Part shown: positions 52,491 to 64,000 of the stretch, piece after piece
Position numbering within the stretch: position 1 is the stretch's first letter
Layout: the number at the start of each line of letters is the position of its first letter
Assembly: GCF_006345805.1 (NCBI RefSeq)
Contig: NC_043005.1
Span: 10,602,001-10,666,000 of the forward strand
Direction: 5' to 3'
Source: Octopus sinensis
Taxonomy: Eukaryota
Length of the DNA stretch: 64,000 nt
The notes under the pieces: model-generated
What the model saw: only the letters and a program-made list of their open reading frames with translations
What the model was told of the DNA's origin: nothing
Databases searched by the model: none
Made by a program: the position numbers and the translations under genes

Positions 52491-54347
52491 ACTTACCAGA
52501 CCATTCCTTTTGATGCTCTATACTTAAATAATATGACCTACCTTTCTTTTTTCCAAATCTGAAACTCCTTCCAGAGCAAAGGTTATCTTCTTTACAATGA
52601 AATATGATTACAAAATATTGTTTTCGTGGATTTAGTCAATGGATTGTGACCACATTGGGTTCTGCTTTGAAGAGTGTAAGTTGATATGGTCAATTGAAGT
52701 AGGCTGCTTCTTATTGTATTGACCTCCAAAGGATGAAATTGAAAGTTGGCCTGGGTGGGATTTAAATTCAGAACACTATGATGTAATTAAATACCATAAG
52801 GTATTTCATCCAATGCTCTCAGGATTCTGTCACTCCTAATTTGTTTATGCTTACTTAAATTCTGTGATTTCAAAGATATGGTAGCCAATTTCTGTTTAGT
52901 ATTTTCTCTTTAGAAACTTTTCATTTATCAGATTACTGTTTTTATGTTTGGTTTTTAATCTATCATAATTGACCCCCATATCTGACTGCAGAAGTTTTTT
53001 ATAAATTAATGTAATATTTACGTGTATTAATTAATTGAAATATATCAGAAATTCTGGATCTATCAAATAGTATATATTTGAGTGTTTCCAACTTGTGAGA
53101 TTATACTTCTTGAGTGTTTCCAACTCGAGAGATTATACATAAACAGTTTATCCATAACAACTATTTCATCTTGGTGAACGTGAATCACTTTCGATCTCTG
53201 TAGGCTGTCATCCTACAACAGCAATTTGTATTGTTTATTCTTTATTTATACAGTTGCTTTGTTGTATCAAAGCAAAAATCCACCTCAATTGCTGCTAATT
53301 CTAAACCACTCAGCAGCCAACCCACACTTTTCCATTCCTGCAACCCATTCAATCATACATCAACGACAATACTTGTCATGTTCTACAACACTAGATCACA
53401 GTCAAACAATTATTAGCCTATACAAAATGGAAAAGAATTTTGTCACCTGTCTTTGTGGTCAACCCCGCTCTGTATCAATCATATTGCTTCTCAAAATCTT
53501 TTTCCTCATATTTTAGTTCTGCTGTTAGCAAGACTTCGTTTATGCCAGTTTATTACAAGAATACAAGATTGCATTCTGTTAATCTTTACCAACTCTCCTT
53601 CAATTGCTAATGCATCTGGTTTGGAATTATTAATTCCCCCTACACAAATCTCAACTCTGCCTACTCAGTACTGAAGAAAATCACTTTTCTGTATCTTTCT
53701 GTCCCAACCACTCTTCTTGTCGTTTTTTTTTTTGCTCTCAGTTTTTCTTGATCTTATTATACTATATATATATATATATATATAACATTTATTTATATTT
53801 CCCCACAGCTCTTGTGTTTCTCTTAGTGATTTCTTTTACTACTACTACTACTACTACTAATAATAATAATAATGATAATAATAATAATAATGGCAACAGT
53901 TTTTCTCTTATGATTCCATAAAATTCTAGATATTTCATTAGTGCTATGTTATTTTCTCTTATCTTGGCAATTACATTTTTTTTATAACTGTACAAAAGAA
54001 ATATCAAAATCAATGCACTGGATGTTAATTAATCCAAATTATATTATTTGAATAATTGTTTCTGAAATGTTTTTCATAGTATTAGTCTGATTTTATTTAA
54101 TTATCCTCTGACTTTTCCTTAAATTCTGAATGGATAATAATTTTCATTTCAAATATCATCTCTGAATTAGAAAAAATATTTATTTATGATTCAAGAGTAT
54201 GGTATATAAACAGTTTGCATATTTTGTGTGGGAAATATTAAAATTCCACTCAATTGTATGGCCTCCCACTTTGAGATTGTTATTCATTGTGGATTTTGCC
54301 TTCATTTTAACAAGATTCTTTGTAATAATATTCTTCCTTTTAGAAGA

Positions 54348-54500
54348 TTTTTAACTTCACAAGAAACATTTTCAGGCTTTTAACTTCGCAAGAGACATTT
54401 TCTAATTTTAACTTCACAAGAGACATTTTCTAATTTTAACTTCACAAGAGACATTTTCTAATTTTAACTTCACAAAAAATCCTTTCCAAATTTTTAACTC
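54348..54500. repeat. 28-bp minisatellite (ttttaacttcacaagagacattttctaa) x ~5
   Basis: Direct tandem copies visible. Confidence 0.9.
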
Positions 54501-54574
54501 TTCATTGCTATCAAGTCTTAAGCCATTATCAAATAATCTTATGATCAAATTCATGGTATTCTTTTCTTTTTTCT

Positions 54575-54767
54575 TTTATTCTTTTACTTGTTTCAGTCAT
54601 TTGACTGTGGCCATGCACCACCTTTAGTCAAACAGATTGACTTCAGAACTTATTCATTTTAAGCCTAGTACTTATTCTATCAGCTTCTTTTGCTGAACCA
54701 CTAAGTTACAGGGACATAAAACACAGCATCGGTTGTCAAGCGATGGTGAGGGGACAGATACACACGT

Positions 54768-54801
<34 letters not shown>

Positions 54802-54960
54802 GACGGGCTTCTTTCAGTTTCCATCTACCAAATCCACTCACAAGGCTTTGGTTGGCCCGAGGCTATAGTAGAAGACACTTATCCTAGGTGCCATGCAGTG
54901 GAACTGAACCCAGAATCATGTACTTGGGAAGCAAACTTCTTACCACACAACCACACCTGT
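54575..54960 (-). mobile_element. SINE family 1 (older copy)
   Basis: Full-length reverse match with substitutions. Confidence 0.85.
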
Positions 54961-55774
54961 CTAAGACCATTATATTCAGTGTATCCTTTTGAAAGGTAGG
55001 GTGTAATTTGACAGGGATTTAATTTCTGTTTATAGTAAGTAGAACAACTACTTTCAAGCTTCATCATTAGATCACATTATTTCAAGTTTTTACTTATTTT
55101 ATTTTACTGGTTTCAGTCATTGGATAGTAGCCATTCTGAGACACAATCTTCAAAAGTTTTAGTCAGTCTTATTGACTCTAGTAATTATTTCAGTTTCATT
55201 CTTATTTTATCAATTTCTATTTCTCAAATGGATAAGTTACTTTTTCACGTAAACAAGGCATCTTTATACAGCTGGTTTACACAGTTATATCATCATTGTT
55301 ACCATCTTATCCCTGCTCCTTCATGCTGGCATGGGCTAGATAAGACGTCAGAGTCTGGATTGGTTCATCTTTTGAACAACTGCCTTCTTATGTGACTGGC
55401 CTTTGTACAATTCCTATCTTCCAAATCCTACTCATAAAGAAAGTATTGATCAACCTATTATTAGAAGACACTTTCTCCAAACTACTCTACAGTAAGATTG
55501 AATCCAAAATCACATAGTTGTGAAGTGAACTTTTTTTAGCTATACTGTTTTTTAAAATAGAGAACTACTATAAATACCTCCACCACTTTTTCTTTTTTTT
55601 ACCTTAAGTAGCGTTGAAAATTATTCGATCATTCCTTATTAATTTATATCTATTTCTTAGAAATATATATTTTATGATAATATAAAGCAGTTTTTGTAAA
55701 ATCAAGACTTGCTGGTATCTATGATGAACATAAAATTGATACAGGAACTAATTAATGATGTTAGTTTAATGTCA

Positions 55775-56322
55775 GTTCTTTTGTTTCACTCATTGGAAAG
55801 CAGCCATGCTGGGGCACTGCTTTCAAGAATTTTAGTTGCATAAGTTGATACCAGTATTTTTTGTTTTGTTTTCTTTTTTTAAATCTGATACTTATTCTAT
55901 TGGTCTCTTTTATCGAACCACTAAGTTACAAGGATGTAAACAAACCAACTCTAGATGTCAAACAATGATGGGGAGCAAAAACACACACAAACACACTTAT
56001 ATATACATATATATATATACATAAATATGTATATATATTCTTTTACTTGTTTCAGTCATTTGACTATGGCCATGCTGGAGCACTGCCTTTAGGCAAGCAA
56101 ATCGACCCCAGGACTTATTTTTTGTAAGTCTGGTATTTATTCTATCGGTCTCATTTGCCAAAATATATTATATGATGGACATTTTACAGATTCCATCCAC
56201 CAAATCCACAAGCAAGGTTTTGGTCAGCCTGAAGTAGAAAACACTTGTCCAAAGTGGCACACAGTGGGACTGAACCTGGAACCTTGTGATTAGGGAGCAA
56301 AGTTCTTACCATGCAGTCATGC
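55775..56322 (-). mobile_element. Two adjacent decayed SINE family 1 copies
   Basis: Two 3' halves (near 55775 and 56040) and one 5' half. Confidence 0.75.
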
Positions 56323-56408
56323 TGATTTTAAATGAATTTTATTTTGTGTCTTTACTTAATTAAAAAATGAGTTTCTTAAAACAAAAACACATGTTATTTC
56401 CATATATA

Positions 56409-56571
56409 GGCGCAGGAGTGGCTGTGTGGTAAGTAGCTTGTTTACCAGCCACATGGTTCCCGGTTCAGTCCCACTGCGTGGCACCTTGGGCAAGTGTCTT
56501 CTACTATAGCCTCGGGCCGACCAAAGCCTTGTGAGTGGATTTGGTTGACGGAAACTGAAAGAAGCCCGTCG

Positions 56572-56604
<33 letters not shown>

Positions 56605-56820
56605 ATGTGTGTTTGTGTGTCTGTGTTTGTCCCCCTAACATTGCTTGACAACCGATGCTTGTGTGTTTATGTCCCCGTTACTTAGCAGTTCGGCAAAAGA
56701 AACCGATAGAATAAATACTGGGCTTACAAAAAAGAATAAGTCCCGGGGTCGAGTTTCTCGATTAAAGGCAGTGCTCCAGCATGGCTGTAGTCAAATGACT
56801 GAAACAAGTAAAAAAAAAAA
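56409..56820 (+). mobile_element. SINE family 1 (OK-like, ~410 bp), full length
   Basis: tRNA head (tggctgtgtggt / ggttcagtcc), CORE-like ccttgggcaagtg, internal (TA)(TG) tract, A tail. Confidence 0.92.
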
Positions 56821-57151
56821 ATAAATAAATAAAATATTAATTGTTTTCTTGATAATTAATCTTAGCTAGATTAAAAAAAAAAGGAAGAAAATTGTTCTAT
56901 CAATTATATATATATATATATATATATTGAAACACACATTCATTCTCACAAAGGTTCGTGTGAAGAAAGCGTAATGTGTAGTGGAGTTCATTCATTGGAA
57001 GCTGGTGAATCACTTTGTTGCTTCATTAAGTTTCTTAATTGAGAGTTCATTTGACTGGCAAAAATAACCCCTCCTCATCAACTAAATCAATGCAAAATGC
57101 CCAGAAACTCAGAGTAAAGATGAAGTAACTCAGCTTCTTTTATAAGTGTGT

Positions 57152-57546
57152 ACTCTTACTCTTTTTTACTCTTTTACTTGTTTCAGTCATTTGACTGCGG
57201 CCATGCTGGAGCACAGCCTTTAGTCGAGCAAATCGACCCCGGGACTTATTCTTTGTAAGCCCAGTACTTATTCTATCGGTCTCTTTTGCCGAACCGCTAA
57301 GTAACGGGGACGTAAACACACCAGCATCGGTTGTCAAGCAATGCTAGGGGGACAAACACAGACACACAAACACACACATACATATATACATATATACGAC
57401 AGGCTTCTTTCAGTTTCCGTCTACCAAATCCACTCACAAGGCTTTGGTCGGCCCGAGGCTATAGTAGAAGACACTTGCCCAAGGTGCCACGCAGTGGGAC
57501 TGAACCGGGAACCATGCGGTTGGTAAACAAGCTACTTACCACACAG
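57152..57546 (-). mobile_element. SINE family 1, near full length
   Basis: High-identity inverted copy of 56409-56820. Confidence 0.92.
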
Positions 57547-58345
57547 TGTACATCTTTTGTAAATTTGCATAAATTATTTCTGTACACGTTTGGCTACAAT
57601 TATATGAATGGAAGTTTGTAACTGCTATTGTTTCCAGTAAATACCAACCACTTTCTCATTCATTCAGCCCAATGACAAATCAATAAAATAGCCAAGCTTT
57701 CCTCTTCTTTCTTGCTTTCATCATAAATGGTAGTTTGGGTGAATCTTTTCTTCTATATCGAAACTATTTTTGGCAACTTCCAAGTTCAAATCCTGACACC
57801 GGTCAGCCTTTGTCTTCCATCCGTTTAGTATTGATAAAATAAAGTCCTCTCAAATTTCTAGCCTTGTGTCTGTCTGTTAAGAACAACTGTTGTTCCTTTT
57901 TATTCTAATGAAGCAGTCACAATAATATAGTTCCTGGGATTTAAAGGGCAAGGGGAATATTTTGATGGGTAATTTGATCATTGTACCCATGTGTGTTTCT
58001 CTGTGTGTGTGTGTGTGAAAGAGATATATTCATAATTGCTTGCTATGAGTAATTGTTTAATTATGCATTGTCAAAACCTCCCCTTACTTCCTCTGTTGCA
58101 AATTTCGAAGTATTTTACAGTATTTTTTTACAAAATATATTTAATCAATTTATTAGCCATTGTATGTATATGAATTAATTTGGCTTTCAAACATTGTGTA
58201 ATTAAATGTTATATGTATGTGTGTGCGTGTGTGTGAAGTAAATAAAATATACAGTCATTAACAATTTCAATATGTTTTATATTATTGTACACAGTATTTC
58301 TTCTTTTGATTCGTTTGTTCAGTTTTATTCCTCTTCATATTGCAG

Positions 58346-58446
58346 GGTGGATGGTGGTTTTTATTTGCTTTTGTAAAGTTGATGTTACCACTAATACTAC
58401 TATTACTTGTATCTATTGGAAACACTGTTGTGGCTATTCAGAGACA
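58346..58446 (+). CDS. Candidate exon encoding a signal peptide (MLPLILLLLVSIGNTVVA-IQR)
   Basis: Polypyrimidine acceptor ttttattcctcttcatattgcag, donor CA|gtgagt, ATG at 58382, hydrophobic core and V-V-A cleavage-like site. Confidence 0.5.
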
Positions 58447-58689
58447 GTGAGTCATCTCTGCCACTTCATAACAGTCCAGAAAATAACTCTTACATGAACA
58501 CTGTCTCTCACTCTCTTCACTCACTCATTCATACATTCACTTACTCACTCACTCAATCTCTTACTCTCTCTCGTTTTTTCTCTCTCTCTCTCCTCCCCTC
58601 TCTCTCTTACACAAATCAGTAATGTTTCAGTATGAGATGAAGGGTAGTGTTCATATTGTCATCAGTGTGTGGGATTTGAGTTTCTTTAG

Positions 58690-58730
<41 letters not shown>

Positions 58731-59584
58731 TAATTATTGGGTTGCATTATTTAGCGAAATTACTATGACTCTTTACTTTCTGAAACTGAGTTTTGTCAAG
58801 GTCAACTTTACCTTTGATCCCTCTGGGTTTCATAACAAATGAAGTACCAGCCAAGTACTGATGTTAGTTTAATTGACCCTAATCTTCTCTCACCAAACAC
58901 ATGTGCTTCTACAAATGCTAGAAATGAAGCCCTTCTCAGATTAATTTTATCTGGGGGCTATTATCTCCCCTATGATAGTTGACAACCAAGGGTATATCAT
59001 GTATTTCATGAATTCTTCATAAATATGGATCTTGGTATTTTGTTAGTATTTTTGAAATTTGTATAGATTTGACGAGAGTAGTATTCGAGAATTGGATGTT
59101 GTTAACTACTTTTGTTGATTATAAAATAAGTGTATTGGATGTGGGGTTAGAGAGTAGAGCAATGAACTAAATATATCTTAGGGTATTTAGCTTGATTCAT
59201 TTAAGTTTTGTGTTTCTATCATGTTAGAATCATTCATCCAAGGATGATAAACTAATGCACCAGAAAAAAATTGTAGGACCGTTGATATAATACAAATTAT
59301 GTTTGTTAATACTAATTACACATGGGAGCTGGCTATATGCATGAGCTTTTGTATCACTTCACAGTTGATCTTGATTTGTGATTTTGGTTAGAACATTATT
59401 TTCCATGTAGATCCAGAAACCAGAAATTCTACAAAGGTCTTATCTTTTGGAAAAGGCGACTAATCCTTCTTCCAATTCAAACTTAAAACTGGGGCTAAGC
59501 AATGCATAGGATACATTTTGAATCACCAACCCCCCTACATTAATCTCTACAAAATAAGCCTTGCATTTTATTAAAGAACTAGAT

Positions 59585-59904
59585 TCATCGTTTAGCGTCC
59601 GCTTTCCATGCTAGCATGGGTTGGACGGGTCAACTGGGGTCTGTGAAGCTGGAAGGCTTCGTCAGGCCCAGTCTGATTTGGCAGTGTTTCTACGGCTGGA
59701 TGCCCTTCCTAATGCCAACCACTCCGCAAGTGTAGTGGGTGTTTTTTACGTGCCACCTGCACAGGTGCCAGACAGAGCTGGCGAACGGCCACGAACGGAT
59801 GGTGCTTTTGCGTGTCACCGGCACGGGGCCAGGCGATGCTGGCAACGGACCCGAACGGATGGTGCTTTTACGTGCCACCGACACGGGGCCAGACAGAGCT
59901 GGCA
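59585..59904 (-). mobile_element. RTE 3' UTR copy
   Basis: Same tail as 36090 and 11430-11616, with internal sub-repeats. Confidence 0.88.
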
Positions 59905-60097
59905 ATAAATATTAGAAAGTTGTTAAGATTAATTTCTAGACCTCTAATAATGCCCAGTTTCTTGTCTGTCAGTTCCTTATGTATGAAGTGCATGTCAGGG
60001 ACAGTATCCAGTGGGACGTATCTACTACCTTTGATGAGCCCAACATACTAAACTTTAATGTCGCTGCTAGTAAATTAATTATTATATATTATTATAT

Positions 60098-60272
60098 TAT
60101 CATCATCATCATCGTTTAACGTCCGTTCTCCATGCTAGCATGGGTTGGACGGTTCGACCGGGGATCTGGGAAGCCAGAAGGCTGCACCAGGCTCCAGTCT
60201 TATCTGGCAATGTTTCTACAGCTGGATGCCCTTCCTAACGCCAACCACTCCATGAGTGTAGTGGGTGCTTTA
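60098..60272 (-). mobile_element. Short RTE 3' UTR copy
   Basis: (CAT)n plus gtttaacgtccg...cccttcctaacgccaacc. Confidence 0.88.
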
Positions 60273-60899
60273 CACATAAATACACAAATATATATATGTG
60301 TGTGTGTATAAAATTATATGTATGAATTTATTTGTTGGGTTTGAAGGAAGTGTTAAGAATAGAATAACAAAACAATGTTCTTGAGAATCCCAGAAGAATA
60401 TAAACAAAGGAGGAGACAGATAGAGATATTTGAGTGGAGAGGCAATTTTTTATTTACCTTTTAGCCTTTTAGAATAAAATGGATGATGAATAACATATCA
60501 GTAAAACAAGACTTATTTCAATTGTTTCTCTTATGAAAATTGACCTTGTGCCTAATGAAAAGAAATCACTATTTGATATTACTTTTCACACTTTCAGGTT
60601 TGTTAAATAAAAATACAGTGATATAGATATTACCAACTATTCCTTCTCCTAAAATGCTTGATCAAAAATCAATATTTTATATCATATTTCATACTTCCAG
60701 GTTTGATAAAATAGGTACCAGTTAAGTACTGAAGTTGGTAATATAAATCCAATGTTTCCACTTCCCAAATTTGTAGCATTGAATCTACGTTAGAAATTTG
60801 TTTTCTGATGGAGGATATTTCTTATAAACTAAGCTATAGAAAATTCAGAGTAGCAAAAATGAAGATCATTTCCCTTTCAATGTATTATCATTGCTATTG

Positions 60900-61091
60900 A
60901 GGTGGCGAGCTGGTAGAATTGTTAGCATGCCAGCCAAAATGCTGCTAAGCATTTTGTCTATCTGAGTTCAAATACCGACAAGGTTAACTTTGCTTTCATC
61001 CTTCAGAGTTGATAAAATAAGTACCAGTTGAGTGCTGGAGTTGATTTAAATGACCCACAAATTTCAGGCCATGTGCCTATAGTAGATAAGG
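60900..61091 (+). mobile_element. SINE family 3
   Basis: ggtggcgagctggtagaa...gttgataaaataagtaccagtt, (ATT)n tail. Confidence 0.8.
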
Positions 61092-61118
61092 ATTATTATT
61101 ATTATTATTATTATTATT

Positions 61119-61522
61119 GAGTGAGAGAGCAGTGCATGCCATCAAAGTGACACTGGGGTAAAATATACGAAGCCCAATATACCCATCATGACTACCCGTC
61201 TGATAAGGGTACACCAGGCACATGCATCACAACCATATGTGCATGGCATGGTGATCTCATATCAAAATAAACAGCACATGACCTTGCAGGTGGGGCCCAG
61301 TTAGAATTTTCTTCAGGTTGAGTAGCCCATCCCACTCAAAAGGTCCCTGAATAAGGGTTGTTTAAGGATGTTGAAAGAACCAATGTTTCCAGAGGTGAAT
61401 TATTCAAACCCCAAAGAATCCCTCTCAACACATGGCTATGATGCTCCCCCACTACTACTTCTCGTGATCAGAGATGCACATATCGTCAGCCACTAAGGGA
61501 CATGCTCAACTGGTTAAGGTCA

Positions 61523-61523
<1 letters not shown>
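61119..61523. mobile_element. ~400-bp insertion within an (ATT)n microsatellite
   Basis: GC-richer block flanked by (ATT)9 and (ATT)10. Confidence 0.55.
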
Positions 61524-61553
<30 letters not shown>

Positions 61554-61975
61554 GTCATTTTCGATGCAAATTCCAGATTCATGAGAAAAGAATATAGTTA
61601 ACTATACTAAGATTGGTTAAATTACATTTTAAAAATAGGCTCGGGATGCGTGGCTCATTGATAATTTTTATTCGAAATATCTTTGATTCCTTTTCTATTG
61701 TACTGATAGCTTGGTTTAAAATTTTTTATTTTCAATTTGCAGTAAGGTAAATTGCTGCTAATTTTGACTCTACGCACACGTGTGTGTGAGAGAGGTGATT
61801 TTTATGTAGTTGGTATTGAAGAAACAAATGATACGGCAGCCACTTACTACAACTTTTATACATCATGTTCTGTGTGCATCCTTTAGAATATTGTTGTAGC
61901 TTTCTATATATTTGATATTTTGCACACTCATTGCCCATCTATTCTGAATGATACTGCTCGCTATATATTTAATAC

Positions 61976-62034
61976 AGTCTATTGTATAGATAATGCTACC
62001 ACCTATCCATAGCCTGTTTCTATCTATCTATCTA

Positions 62035-62116
<82 letters not shown>

Positions 62117-62498
62117 GAGGCGCAATGGCCCAGTGGTTAGGGCAGCGGACTCGTGGTCATAGGATCACGGTTTCGATTCCTAGACCAGGCATTGTGAGTG
62201 TTTATTGAGCGAAAACACCTAAAAGCCCCACGAGGCTCTGGCAGGGGGTGGTGGCAATCCCTGCTGTACTCTTTCGCCGCAACTTTCTCTCACTCTTTCT
62301 TCTGTTGGCCTGCTCGCTTAGCCAGTGGGGTGGCGTCATTTGAAGGCTAAAACAATGCGAAGCGCATTGTGACCAGCGATGTGTAGCAACATCTGAAAGC
62401 CTGGTCAGTCACGCTGATCACGGTGATATATATATATATATATATATAGATAGATAGAAACAAGTTATGGATAGGTAGCACTATCTATACAATAGACT
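61976..62498. repeat. ~55-bp inverted arms around (CT)n(AT)n and a SINE
   Basis: agtctattgtatagata.tgctacc..tatccata.c.tgtttctatct and its reverse complement. Confidence 0.75.
62114..62426 (+). mobile_element. SINE family 2, tail type a
   Basis: Matches 21128; inserted in (TA)n. Confidence 0.92.
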
Positions 62499-63007
62499 AT
62501 ATATATATAGTCAGTTCTACTTCACATTGATACATATATCCTACTCTGTAAATTCTAAACATTATATACTAAGATTGCTGCCTTCACTGGTGTTGCAACT
62601 CTGTCTGTCTGTCTCTCTCTCTCCTCTTTTTCTTTCCCATACATACATACATATACTCACACGCACACGCGCGCACGTTATATATAGACTACTTCCTCCT
62701 TTCACTGATGCTGCAGCTATATGTTCTTGAAAAGCAAGCACCAATTATTGTATCGATCAAAATATTCATTCAGCACCATAATGATACCGCTGCCACTATA
62801 GCCATCACTATAGCTTCAGTTGCTGGACCTAATCCTTGATAACACCTACTTTTTCCTCCCTGCTGCGTTGCTGTCCTGGTTCCTTACTCTCTTATATTAA
62901 CCACAGAATTGCTGTGATTATTTTTGGTGCAAAATGCAGCAGACATATTGATCAATTTTCTTCTGCTCTACAGGAATCTTTGATAAAGGGTTTTGTTGTT
63001 TTATTTT

Positions 63008-63251
63008 CATCATCATCATCATCATCATCATCATTTAGCGTCCGCTTTCCATGCTAGCATAGGTTGGACGGTTCAACTGGGGTCTGTGAAGCCAGAAGGC
63101 TGCATCAAGCCCAGTCTGATCTGGCAGTGTTTCTACGGCTGGATGCCTTTCCTAACGCCAACCACTCTCCATGAGTGTAGTAGGTGCTTTTTACGTGCCA
63201 CCCGCACAGGTGCCAGGCGAGGCTGGCAAACGGCCACGGACGGATGGTGCT
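63008..63251 (-). mobile_element. RTE 3' UTR copy
   Basis: (CAT)n tail plus conserved UTR. Confidence 0.9.
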
Positions 63252-64000
63252 TTTTTTTTTTGTAGCATAAAAAATATGTATGTATGAGTGTGATTGTATG
63301 TGTGCATGTGTATATGTATGCATATATGTATGTGTGTGTGTGTGTTGTGTCTCTCCATGCACACACACACACATATATTGTGCGTGTAAATTTATAGTTG
63401 CGTCACTTCACAATAGATGCTATAGTATTTATGGGATTTATCTCTGAAATAATTTTCATGCTACGATAGTTATTGATGAAATTGAGTGAGGGAAAACAAA
63501 CTACTAAATACATTAGAAAACAAAAACAAAAACAAAAAACTATAATAACCCTAATAATTTATAATCCAAGACATGTGTAACTTCATTTTACTCTTATCAT
63601 TTTGTTCAAAATATTTAGTTGTGAAATATAGAATAAAAGTATATTTCTATATTCCTATAAATAATTTTATAATAGTCTAAATTGTTGTTTTTATATGGTA
63701 ATAATATTAATGTTAGTAGTAGTAGTAGTAGTAGTAGCAGTGAGAATTATTCATAATCATCTTTTTGGTTTTCTGTATCAGAACCTCAGTAGCGTACAGA
63801 GACAGACAGCTAGATGACTTGTTAAAATAATTCCTATTACATTATCATTATTAAATGCTACTGCCAAGAGTTACACATTCCCGTTTTAGTTCCATGCAAT
63901 AGATAGAAATTCTTCTGTCGTTTGCATGATTTTCTTTCAAAAATTTCCTTATTTTTCTTCTCCAGATTTCTTTCTATATTTGTCTATTCATCTTCGTCTT

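Noticed and set aside
57095-57120. gaaactcagagta matching the 25.5-kb ribozyme 3' half
   Set aside because: No CUGANGA or stems upstream; too short to call
58620-58670. Minus-strand CUGAUGA...GAAA as a hammerhead
   Set aside because: Stem I cannot form

Overview
Eukaryotic, AT-rich, repeat-dominated DNA. The SINE families, RTE tails and microsatellite load resemble Octopus (cephalopod) genomic DNA; this is recognition from memory, not a database hit. No complete protein-coding gene is visible, and most ORFs in the track are (AT)n/(GT)n artefacts. Supported content: three tRNA-derived SINE families, decayed LINEs (RTE, CR1/L2-like), a Penelope-like (PLE) RT fragment, a Helitron Rep-Hel remnant, a mariner remnant, ten TTAA-flanked MITEs of about 229 bp, and satellites. 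The most notable signal is about 10 minimal type-I hammerhead ribozyme motifs from several sequence families. They have palindromic stem III and sit in tandem or fold-back PLE-like modules, often embedded in (TA)n. There is also a candidate + strand signal-peptide exon (58346-58446) and a chain of candidate - strand exons.
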